Shown: piece by piece, positions 29,023 through 37,408 of the stretch
Layout of the letters: every line of letters begins with the position of its first letter
How positions within the stretch are numbered: the stretch's first letter is position 1
IMG/VR virus record: IMGVR_UViG_3300034152_000814
Location: 1 to 64,000 of that record
Length of the DNA stretch: 64,000 nt
Source of the DNA: a virus
Strand: one strand, 5' to 3'
Notes under the pieces: generated by a model
Seen by the model: only the letters and a program-made list of their open reading frames with translations
The model's database searches: none
What the model was told of the DNA's origin: nothing
Position numbers and translations under genes: made by a program

Positions 29023-29392
29023 GGCAGCGCTGGCGGCGGACCAGGCGGCGGTGACCGGTACGCCCGTGGACACCGGCAGGGCCCGGGCGAACTGGTTCGC
29101 GTCCGTGGGATCGCCCAGCTCCGAGACCCGGGAACCGATCGAGCAGGGGGAACCGGGCAGCGACGCCCGCGGGGCGGTGAACGCCCAGGCGGCGCTGGAC
29201 CAGTCCCAGCAGCCGATCTCCCGATTCGTGGTCGGCAAGGGGACCCTCGGCTCGATCTTCCTCACGAACAACACCGAGTACATCGGCGAGCTCGAGGCGG
29301 GCAAGAGCATGCAGGCGCCGGAGGGGATGGCGCAACAGGCGGTAGAGGCGGCGGCGCAAGTCGTGAGGCGAGCACGAGTTATAAAGAGGTGA
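28970..29392 (+). CDS. HK97 gp10-like tail component
   Basis: TGTPVDTGRARANWF matches the VDTGRLRNS signature. Confidence 0.5.
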   Translation: MSLLAGRLGRDVGRVVRKAALAADQAAVTGTPVDTGRARANWFASVGSPSSETREPIEQGEPGSDARGAVNAQAALDQSQQPISRFVVGKGTLGSIFLTNNTEYIGELEAGKSMQAPEGMAQQAVEAAAQVVRRARVIKR

Positions 29393-29396
29393 CGGG

Positions 29397-32348
29397 GTGG
29401 CGCGCGAACGACTGATCATCGAGGTCACGGAGAGCGGGACGCGCGTCGTCCAGCGCCGGCTCGGCGGGATCGGGCGGGCGGCCACGGGCGCTACGTCCCA
29501 GGTCAACCTCCTGCGGCGGGCCCTGACGTTCGTTGGTGGAGCCCTCGTCCTGCGGGAGAGCGTCCGGACGCTGGCGAACTTCTCGCAGGCCATGAGCACC
29601 GTCAAGGCCGTCTCCGGGGCGACGGCGGACGAGTTCGCGGAGCTCCGCGACGTGGCGCGCGACCTCGGAGCCACGACCCGCTTCTCCGCGACCCAGGCGG
29701 CGGAGGGGATGGTCCTCCTGGCGCGCGCCGGCTTTGAGGTGGCGGAGACCATGGAGGCGACCGGGGACGTCCTCCTGCTCGCCCAGGCCGGCGGGCTCGA
29801 CCTCGCCTCGGCCGCAGACGTGGCGGCGAGCACCCTCCGGGGCTTCAGGCTCGAGACGGACCAAGCGTCGCGCGTGGCGGACGTCCTGGCCGCCGCCGCG
29901 AACAGCGCGAACACCAACGTAGCCGAGCTCGGGGAAGCCCTGAAGCTCGTGGCGCCGATCTCCGCGGGTTTGGGGGTCTCCCTCGAGGAGACGACCGCGG
30001 CGATCAACACGCTGTCCGACGCCGGTCTGAAGGGCACCCTCGCGGGGACGGGCCTCCGGCGCGTGCTGGCGGAACTGGAGAGCCCCAGCCAGCGGACCCA
30101 GAAGATCTTCCGGCAGCTCGGGATCGAGGCGGAGGACGTCCGGATCTCCCAGGTCGGGTTGACCCAGGCGCTCAAGACCCTCGCCGAGGCCGGCGTCGAT
30201 ACCGGCCTCGCCCTGGAGATCTTCCAGCAGCGCGGCGGTCCCGCCTTCGAGGTCCTGGCGAACGCCATCCCGAAGGTCGAGGGCATGACTGAGAGGCTCC
30301 GTGAGTCGGAGGGCACGGCACGCCGAGTTGCGGAGATCATGGACGACAACCTGAACGGCGCCCTCCTCCGGGTGCGGTCGGCGATCGAGGCGGTCCTCCT
30401 GTCCATAGGCGACGCCGATACGGCGATGGGGAAGGTCCTCGTGAAGGCGGTGAACTCCCTCGCGACCGGGATCCGGTTCCTCGCGCAGCACACGGGGGTC
30501 CTCGCTGGGGTCCTGGCTGGGATCGCGGTAACCCAGCTCCCGCTGGTGATCTCCGGCGTGCGGAAGCTCTTCGTCCTGATCGCGACGCACCCGTTCGGCG
30601 CGCTGGCGCTCGCCCTCGGGGTGGTGATCGGGTACCTCGTCGAGTTCCAGGACGAGATCCAGATCTCCCAGGACGGCGTCGCCACGCTGAGGGACCTCTT
30701 CGCCGAGGTCGGCGCGGTCCTGAAGGAGACCTTCGCCGGCGCCCTCCAGATCTTCCGAGAGGTCTTCGGTGGACTCAAGGCGGAAGCCCAGGGTGCGGTC
30801 GGCGACGTGAACCTCTCGCTCCGGAGCGTCGCGGACACGGTGGCGCTCGTCTACGACTCCTTCGTGGGTTTCTTCACGGGGGTATTCACGACGATTCGGA
30901 CGGTCTTCTCGAAGCTCCCCGCGGCGATCGGGGATTACTTCGTCCAGGCGGTGAACCTGGCGATCTTCGCGATCGAGGACCTGGTGGATACCACGATCGA
31001 AGGGATCAATGAGGTGATCAAGCTGGGGACCGACGCGATCAACGCGGTCCGGATAGCCCTCGGCAAGGAGGCGATCTCGATCGACGCCTACACGATCGAT
31101 CCAGTGGATCTCGGACGCGTGAAGAACTCGTGGGCGAACGCCGGCACGGAGCTCGGCGATTCGATCCGGGAGGGCTGGAAGATCTCCTTCGAGAAGGCTA
31201 CCGGCGGGCGGGATTTCGTCGAGCGCGTGTTCCGCGGTGCCGAGGCCCGGGCGGAATCCCGCAGACTCGGTGAGGAGATGGCCGCGGAGGTCGTCGCTGG
31301 CATGGGAATTGCAATGGGGTACCTCCCGGGGCTCGGGGAGTTCCAACGGGAGACGGCTCCGGCAGCGACGGCACCGGGCGCTCCGGGCAGGGACCGAGAA
31401 GTGGAGTCCGCAGAGCGGCTCTCCCGGGCGATCGACCAGGTCAACGCCGCGCTCGAGGAGGAACGGCGGATCCTCTCGGTCACCGGGCAGGACCGGCGGA
31501 TCGTGACGGACCTGATCGCGATCGAGAACCAGCTCCGGAAGGACGGGATCGACCTCAAGGCGGAGGACACGCAGCTCCAGCTCGCGTCCGTCGAGGCGCA
31601 GCTCGCGGACCTGGACGTCCTCCGGGCGAAGGCGGACCTGCTCGAGCAGATCAAGGGGCCCGAGGAGGAGCGGCGGTTACAGCTCGAGGCGCTGAACCAG
31701 CTCCTCGCCGATGGCACGATCAACCAGGACCAGTACAACCAGATGGTCGCGCAGCTCGGCCTGAATTCCGAGCAGACGGCTACGCAGCTCCAGCAGTTCG
31801 TGGACAAGCTGAAGGGCGCGAAGCAGCAGTCGGAGCAGCTCGGCGCGGCGATCGGCGACGCGCTCGTCAAGGCGATCGACAGCGCGTCGGACGCGCTCGC
31901 CGACTTCGCCCTGTCGGGCTTCCAGAACACGAAGGACCTCAAGAAGGCGTTCTCCGACCTGTTCGCGTCGCTCGCGAAGGACATCCTGAAGGCGATCATC
32001 AAGATGCTCCTCTTCAGGGCGATCTTCGGGGCGATCGGCGGGGCGGCGGGCGGTGGTGGAGGTGCTGCCGCAGGTGGCGGGGTTCCCGGTTTGCAGGCCG
32101 GCGGTCCCGTCCACCGCGGCGCCCCCGTGATCGTCGGCGAGCAGGGGCGGGAACTCTTCGTTCCACCGTCGCAAGGAAATATCGTCCCGGCGAGCCAGGC
32201 CGCGGCGCCCCCGGAGGTGAACGTCTCCGTCGTCAACGTGACGGATCCGGAGGAGGTCACCGCGGCGATGGGCTCCGCCGAGGGCGAGCAGGTGATCCTC
32301 AACGTGATTCAGAAGAATCGGCACGCGATCGGGAGGTCGTTGGTCTGA
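29397..32348 (+). CDS. tape measure protein
   Basis: 983 aa, Ala/Gly/Leu-rich, C-terminal GG-rich region, canonical position. Confidence 0.9.
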   Translation: MARERLIIEVTESGTRVVQRRLGGIGRAATGATSQVNLLRRALTFVGGALVLRESVRTLANFSQAMSTVKAVSGATADEFAELRDVARDLGATTRFSATQAAEGMVLLARAGFEVAETMEATGDVLLLAQAGGLDLASAADVAASTLRGFRLETDQASRVADVLAAAANSANTNVAELGEALKLVAPISAGLGVSLEETTAAINTLSDAGLKGTLAGTGLRRVLAELESPSQRTQKIFRQLGIEAEDVRISQVGLTQALKTLAEAGVDTGLALEIFQQRGGPAFEVLANAIPKVEGMTERLRESEGTARRVAEIMDDNLNGALLRVRSAIEAVLLSIGDADTAMGKVLVKAVNSLATGIRFLAQHTGVLAGVLAGIAVTQLPLVISGVRKLFVLIATHPFGALALALGVVIGYLVEFQDEIQISQDGVATLRDLFAEVGAVLKETFAGALQIFREVFGGLKAEAQGAVGDVNLSLRSVADTVALVYDSFVGFFTGVFTTIRTVFSKLPAAIGDYFVQAVNLAIFAIEDLVDTTIEGINEVIKLGTDAINAVRIALGKEAISIDAYTIDPVDLGRVKNSWANAGTELGDSIREGWKISFEKATGGRDFVERVFRGAEARAESRRLGEEMAAEVVAGMGIAMGYLPGLGEFQRETAPAATAPGAPGRDREVESAERLSRAIDQVNAALEEERRILSVTGQDRRIVTDLIAIENQLRKDGIDLKAEDTQLQLASVEAQLADLDVLRAKADLLEQIKGPEEERRLQLEALNQLLADGTINQDQYNQMVAQLGLNSEQTATQLQQFVDKLKGAKQQSEQLGAAIGDALVKAIDSASDALADFALSGFQNTKDLKKAFSDLFASLAKDILKAIIKMLLFRAIFGAIGGAAGGGGGAAAGGGVPGLQAGGPVHRGAPVIVGEQGRELFVPPSQGNIVPASQAAAPPEVNVSVVNVTDPEEVTAAMGSAEGEQVILNVIQKNRHAIGRSLV

Positions 32349-33883
32349 TGGCTTACCAAACAGGAACCGTAACGGACTACGTCGACCTCCTGAACGAGCT
32401 GGTCGATTTCCTCACGTCGCAGGGCGTCGCCACCGTCGCGGTCAACGCCGGCGGGGGCAGCTACGTCGTAGGGGACGTCCTGACGGCGTCGGGTGGGACG
32501 TCGACGCACGCCGCGACGTTCGAGGTGACGAGCGTCGGTGGTGGGGGCGACGTGACCGGGATCATCGTCCTGGAGCACGGGGCGTACACGTCGACGCCCG
32601 GGAACCCGGTCTCGACGACCGGTGGAACCGGCACGGGCTGCACGCTCGACCTCACCTGGCAGGACACGGGCTGGTCGATCCTGCGCGAGACGCAGGAGGC
32701 CGTCTCCGCCACGCCGGCGGCCGGCGGGACCGGCTACCAGGTCGGGGACCAGCTCTCGCTCGTGGGTGGCGTGGAGGTCGCCGAGACGGCCGTCTTCAAC
32801 GTGGACTCCGTGGGTGGCGGCGGGGACGTGACCGGCGTGAGCCTCGTCACGGACGGGTCGTACGGCGAAACGCCGGCGAACGCCGTCTCGACGACGGGCG
32901 GCAACGGCTCCAACTGCACGCTGAACGTCACCTGGCAGGACCTCGACGACGAGGACAAGCAGGTCATCCTCGAGGGTGAGGGGTCCGGCGCCGACCAGAT
33001 CTTCGTCGGGATCAGGTCCTTCAGCTCCGCCCCCATCTACAACTGGGAGCTCGCCGGCATGACCGGATTCGATTCCGGTCTGATCTTCGGCAACCAGCCC
33101 GGGATCTCACCTGGACGGTGGGACGCTGGACCGGTCGCGGACCAGTGCGGCGCCTACGTACCATTGAACAACTCGACGATGACGTACTGGTTCTTCGCGG
33201 ACGGTCGTCGGTTCATCGTGATCGCGAAGATCGGCGCGGTCTACGCGAACCTTCACGTTGGTTTCATCGACCCGTTCTCGATCTCCGCGGACTACCCGTA
33301 CCCGCTGCTGATCCTGGGCTGCTCCAGCGATCCCATGAAACCGTACAACGACACGAGCATCGGGTACTCCGGCATGACGGAACCGATCAGCGCTGACGGT
33401 TACGAGGTCGGGGGGCCCGGTTGGCTCCGGGAGCCCGGTGGTACGTGGACCATGGTGCGGTGCAGCAAGCAGACCACCCCGACTGGACGGCTGGATCCCG
33501 ATCCGGAGGACGTCGTGATTTACCCCACGGGGCAGATAGATCGCGCGAACCTCGACGAGGAGGACCTGTTCTACTACACGGAATGGACGCCGGACGATCT
33601 GGTGCCGTACGCGGGCATTCCAGGATCGCCGGACGTGGAGTACTGGCAAACTCCGGAGACGCCCGATTTCATCACGCCGATATATCCCGCCACGCTCTAC
33701 AAGAGCGGGACGCAGATGCAGGTCTTCGGCGAGATGGCTGACGTGTTCTGGATGAGCACGTTCACGGAGACGACGAACATCGTCACCGAGGATACGGTCA
33801 CGATAAACGGCGACGTTTACCTCGTCTTCCAGAACTGCAACCGCAACGACGCGTGGGCGCACTTCTGCATCAAGAGGAGCTAA
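32348..33883 (+). CDS. distal tail protein with two internal ~85-aa repeats
   Basis: repeats GGTGYQVGD...NVTWQD; N-terminus and C-terminal half paralogous to gene 33885. Confidence 0.6.
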   Translation: MAYQTGTVTDYVDLLNELVDFLTSQGVATVAVNAGGGSYVVGDVLTASGGTSTHAATFEVTSVGGGGDVTGIIVLEHGAYTSTPGNPVSTTGGTGTGCTLDLTWQDTGWSILRETQEAVSATPAAGGTGYQVGDQLSLVGGVEVAETAVFNVDSVGGGGDVTGVSLVTDGSYGETPANAVSTTGGNGSNCTLNVTWQDLDDEDKQVILEGEGSGADQIFVGIRSFSSAPIYNWELAGMTGFDSGLIFGNQPGISPGRWDAGPVADQCGAYVPLNNSTMTYWFFADGRRFIVIAKIGAVYANLHVGFIDPFSISADYPYPLLILGCSSDPMKPYNDTSIGYSGMTEPISADGYEVGGPGWLREPGGTWTMVRCSKQTTPTGRLDPDPEDVVIYPTGQIDRANLDEEDLFYYTEWTPDDLVPYAGIPGSPDVEYWQTPETPDFITPIYPATLYKSGTQMQVFGEMADVFWMSTFTETTNIVTEDTVTINGDVYLVFQNCNRNDAWAHFCIKRS

Positions 33884-33884
33884 C

Positions 33885-34856
33885 ATGGCGTATAGCAGTG
33901 GGGTAGCGGTGGACCAGGACGCCCTGATGACGGCCCTGGAGGCTTTCGCACTGGCGGAGGGGTGGACAATCGACGACGGTGCGGCCGGCAATAACCTGTC
34001 CATCAGCAAGGGCACGATCTACGTACAGTTCCGGTGGGACGACACGAACCACATCGCGATCTTCCAGTCCACCGGTTACCTCGGTAGCGGGCCGGGGTAC
34101 GAACCGGGGGACAGTGGGAACGGTGACCGTGATGGCCCGATCACGAGCGGTCGACGCCTCTCCGACATCGGTGCAGGTCCTTTCACGCGGTACCACTTCT
34201 TCTCGCCGACCAGCGGGGAGGACTACATCCACGTCGTGCTGGAGTTCTCGCCCGGGATATATCGTCACATGACCTTCGGCGAGCTCGTCAAGGTCGGAAC
34301 GTGGACCGGTGGGGAGTACTGCTTCGGGCAGATCTGGGACCTGGATCCAGTCACCATCAGCGACGACCCGACGGTGAACTCGCACGTCATGCCGTTCGAG
34401 GGACGGTTCTCCCTGAATAGCGGGGACCCGGGAACGATCCACGTCGAAGATCTCCCGGGACAGGACCCGTCCGGCGTGTGGGGCGTCGTATGGTCGGGCA
34501 CGTCGGCCGGCAACGACCGCGGCGGGAACCCCCGCGAGAACATAGTCAGCGGTGTGCGAGCCGGGTTCCTCGGGTACTCGTTCTCACCCATGCCAGCTAA
34601 CCCGGCGAATGGCTTCGTCCCATTGATCCCGATCCAGGTATACCACCGACAAGACGCGTACTCCCCGGAGCGGTGGCGCCTGCTGGGCTACGCGCCGGAC
34701 ATGCGCGTCATCAACTTGAAGCACCTCGCGGTGGGTGACGAGTTCACCGTCGGTACTGATACGTGGATGGTCTTCCCGTGGTGCCGGAAGCGGCACGCGA
34801 AGGACGACACGCAGGAGAGCTGGAACGCGGGCTTCGCGTACAAGAAGAATACATAA
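33885..34856 (+). CDS. tail protein, paralogue of gene 32348 without the repeat insertion
   Basis: MAYSSGVAVDQDALMTALEAFALAEGW vs MAYQTGTVTDYVDLLNELVDFLTSQG. Confidence 0.6.
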   Translation: MAYSSGVAVDQDALMTALEAFALAEGWTIDDGAAGNNLSISKGTIYVQFRWDDTNHIAIFQSTGYLGSGPGYEPGDSGNGDRDGPITSGRRLSDIGAGPFTRYHFFSPTSGEDYIHVVLEFSPGIYRHMTFGELVKVGTWTGGEYCFGQIWDLDPVTISDDPTVNSHVMPFEGRFSLNSGDPGTIHVEDLPGQDPSGVWGVVWSGTSAGNDRGGNPRENIVSGVRAGFLGYSFSPMPANPANGFVPLIPIQVYHRQDAYSPERWRLLGYAPDMRVINLKHLAVGDEFTVGTDTWMVFPWCRKRHAKDDTQESWNAGFAYKKNT

Positions 34857-34857
34857 G

Positions 34858-36591
34858 ATGACTGATCACGCGGGATACAGCGACGGACGGCTATGTCTGT
34901 CCGACCAGGTGGGATACGGCGCGGACCGCCTCTTCCCCAATGGACTATCCACGTCCCTCGGGATCCCCCCGCAGTGGCAGGCGCCGGCCCTGAAGGATGG
35001 CGCGTCCCTGACCGTCCTCCAGCTCCCCGACCTCGCGGGCGTCCACGCCGAGGGCGTGATCGTCCCGACTCCCACGGAGTTCTACGGCGTGGTCGCCATG
35101 GGGCTCGGGGACGACTTCTTCGAGCGCCTGATCCTCGTCCCGCACCGGATCGACGCTGGCCTGGTCCTCTCACTGAAGGAGTACGACGTCGAGATCTACA
35201 ACTCCTTCAGGGACGCGGATCGAACCTTCCAGACGTACGTGAACAACGTCGACGCCGGGATCCTGATCCCGGACCTGCCGACGCTGCCGACCACGGTGTA
35301 CCGGCAAACCGGTGTGCAGATGACCGTACAGGTCACGACGGACGGCCCGGCGGCGGTGGACGGCACGCTCGATTTCGCGTTCGACACGCGGACGGTCTAC
35401 CTCCCGCTGACTGGGCAGCGATCGGTGATCTTCCCGTTCGAACCCGAGGCGCCGATGATCGAGCGCCTGGAGTTCCTGACGGACGTCCTCAAGCACCGGG
35501 ACGACACGGAGCAGCGAGTCGCGCTGCGGCACGTGCCGAGGTCGATCTTCCAGCTCCGCGTCGGGGAGTACGGACGTCCCCGGCAGTTCCTCACGGCGCT
35601 GGAGTTCTCGTCGCAGGGACGCGTCTTCGGGCTTCCCATGTGGCACGAACCGGCGATCCTGACGCAGCCGGCGGCGATCAGTGACTACACGGTGCAGGTC
35701 GACTCGACGAACTACGCGAGCTTCGAGGAGGACGCGCTGGCGCTGGTCTTCGTCACGCCGACGTACTACGAGCTCCTCCAGGTGGATTCATTCACGGCGG
35801 ACACGATCACCTTCGTCACGCCGTTCACGAAGGTCTTCGGACTGGGGACGAGGATCCTCCCGGTCCGGCAGGCCACGATGAATCAGATCATCCGGGGCGA
35901 GAAGGAACCGATCGCTCACCAGTGGGCAGACATCCGGTTCACCGTGCTCGACGCCGACGAGGACATCGCGGACGTGTCCGCGTTCAGCTCGTACAACGGC
36001 AAGGTCCTCCTCGACGAGCCGAACATGATCGACGGCTCCCTCCGGGAGACCATGGAGCGACGCCTGACGATCGTCGATAATAACGTCGGTAACTTCCAGG
36101 TAACCTTCGAGGCGGACGTCAGCCGGCGGACGCACGTCAAGCAGTTCAGATCCGACAACCGGCAGCGGCTCTGGGAGGTGCGTCAGCTCCTCTACGCGCT
36201 GCGGGGGCGTGCTGTATCCTTCTATCTCCCAACATTTTACGACGAGTTCACGGTGACGCAGCCCATCGTCTCCTCGTCGACGCTGCTCACGTTCGAGAAC
36301 TACGGCTACACGAAGTACGTCCAGGGCCGGCCGCCGGCGGACGTGATCCGCGTCCTGCTGACCGATGGGACGACGATCGTTCGACGGGTGGTCAACGTGA
36401 CGGAGATCGATGAGGACGAGGAGCAGGTGGAGGTCGACGCCGCCTGGGGCGTCGACGCGCTGGCCGAGGAGGTCGAGCGAACCGACGTCGTCGAGAAGGT
36501 ACGCATGGACGACGACAACGTGGAGATCAGACACCACAACGCGATAGGCGGCGCGATCGTGCGCATGCCGGTGAGGGCGGTTCTGGAGTGA
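34858..36591 (+). CDS. tail protein (GTA g12/DUF2460-like region)
   Basis: 577 aa; synteny with the BR0599-like and J-like genes. Confidence 0.55.
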   Translation: MTDHAGYSDGRLCLSDQVGYGADRLFPNGLSTSLGIPPQWQAPALKDGASLTVLQLPDLAGVHAEGVIVPTPTEFYGVVAMGLGDDFFERLILVPHRIDAGLVLSLKEYDVEIYNSFRDADRTFQTYVNNVDAGILIPDLPTLPTTVYRQTGVQMTVQVTTDGPAAVDGTLDFAFDTRTVYLPLTGQRSVIFPFEPEAPMIERLEFLTDVLKHRDDTEQRVALRHVPRSIFQLRVGEYGRPRQFLTALEFSSQGRVFGLPMWHEPAILTQPAAISDYTVQVDSTNYASFEEDALALVFVTPTYYELLQVDSFTADTITFVTPFTKVFGLGTRILPVRQATMNQIIRGEKEPIAHQWADIRFTVLDADEDIADVSAFSSYNGKVLLDEPNMIDGSLRETMERRLTIVDNNVGNFQVTFEADVSRRTHVKQFRSDNRQRLWEVRQLLYALRGRAVSFYLPTFYDEFTVTQPIVSSSTLLTFENYGYTKYVQGRPPADVIRVLLTDGTTIVRRVVNVTEIDEDEEQVEVDAAWGVDALAEEVERTDVVEKVRMDDDNVEIRHHNAIGGAIVRMPVRAVLE

Positions 36592-37406
36592 GCTACGACG
36601 CATACGAGAGCAGCGTGGAGGGCGGCGCACCGATCGAGATATACACGATCGCGTTCGGCGCTACCGCCTACCGCTACACGAGCTACAAGATCGACGTGAA
36701 CATCCTCTCGGAGGACTTCGAGGCGATCCCGATCTCGCGCGGTACGATCTCCCAATCCGTGGAGCAGAGGTCGGAGGGTCGGCTCGAGGTCGTCGTCCCC
36801 GGGGACAACCCGTTCGTCCAGCAATTCATCACGGCCGTCCCCGGGATCCGGGCGACATTAACCCTCCAGCGCTACCACCGGGACGACCCCGCCGAGGAGG
36901 TCGTCCTGATCTACAAGGGTACCGTCCAGACGGTCCGCTTCGAGAAGAACGGCCGGCGAGCGGTCCTGATCGTGGTCGGGCTCACCGCGGCGAAGGGACG
37001 CTCCGTCCCTCGCTTCACTTACCAGGGACTCTGCAACCACATGCTCTACGACGGGCGCTGCAAGGTGAACTCCTCCCTGTACCAACACACGCTCTACGTC
37101 GTCTCGGTGAACGGGCGCGTCCTCACGGTATCGGGCGCCGGCGCGATCGGTGCTGACTACTTCGAGAACGGCTTCGTGGAGTACAACGGCGACTACCGCA
37201 TGGTCACCGCGCAGGGAGGCGTCGGGAACAACGACCTCACGCTCCTGATCCCGTTCTCCACGTCCCCGGTCGGGCAGTGGCTCGAGTTCTACGCGGGCTG
37301 CAAGCACACGCCGACGGTCTGCGATACGAAGTTCGCTAACATCGTCAACTACGGGGGATTCCCGAGCGTTCCCACGAAGAACCCGTTCGAGTCGGGGCTG
37401 GAGTAA
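36588..37406 (+). CDS. tail hub protein, phage BR0599 / GTA g13-like
   Basis: conserved Cys motifs LCNHMLYDGRC and GCKHTPTVCD. Confidence 0.6.
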   Translation: MSYDAYESSVEGGAPIEIYTIAFGATAYRYTSYKIDVNILSEDFEAIPISRGTISQSVEQRSEGRLEVVVPGDNPFVQQFITAVPGIRATLTLQRYHRDDPAEEVVLIYKGTVQTVRFEKNGRRAVLIVVGLTAAKGRSVPRFTYQGLCNHMLYDGRCKVNSSLYQHTLYVVSVNGRVLTVSGAGAIGADYFENGFVEYNGDYRMVTAQGGVGNNDLTLLIPFSTSPVGQWLEFYAGCKHTPTVCDTKFANIVNYGGFPSVPTKNPFESGLE

Positions 37407-37408
37407 TC

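Noticed and set aside
32348-33883. Possible diversity-generating retroelement (TR/VR pair)
   Set aside because: The repeats are similar only at protein level. There are no adenine-specific nucleotide differences and no reverse transcriptase gene anywhere in the window.
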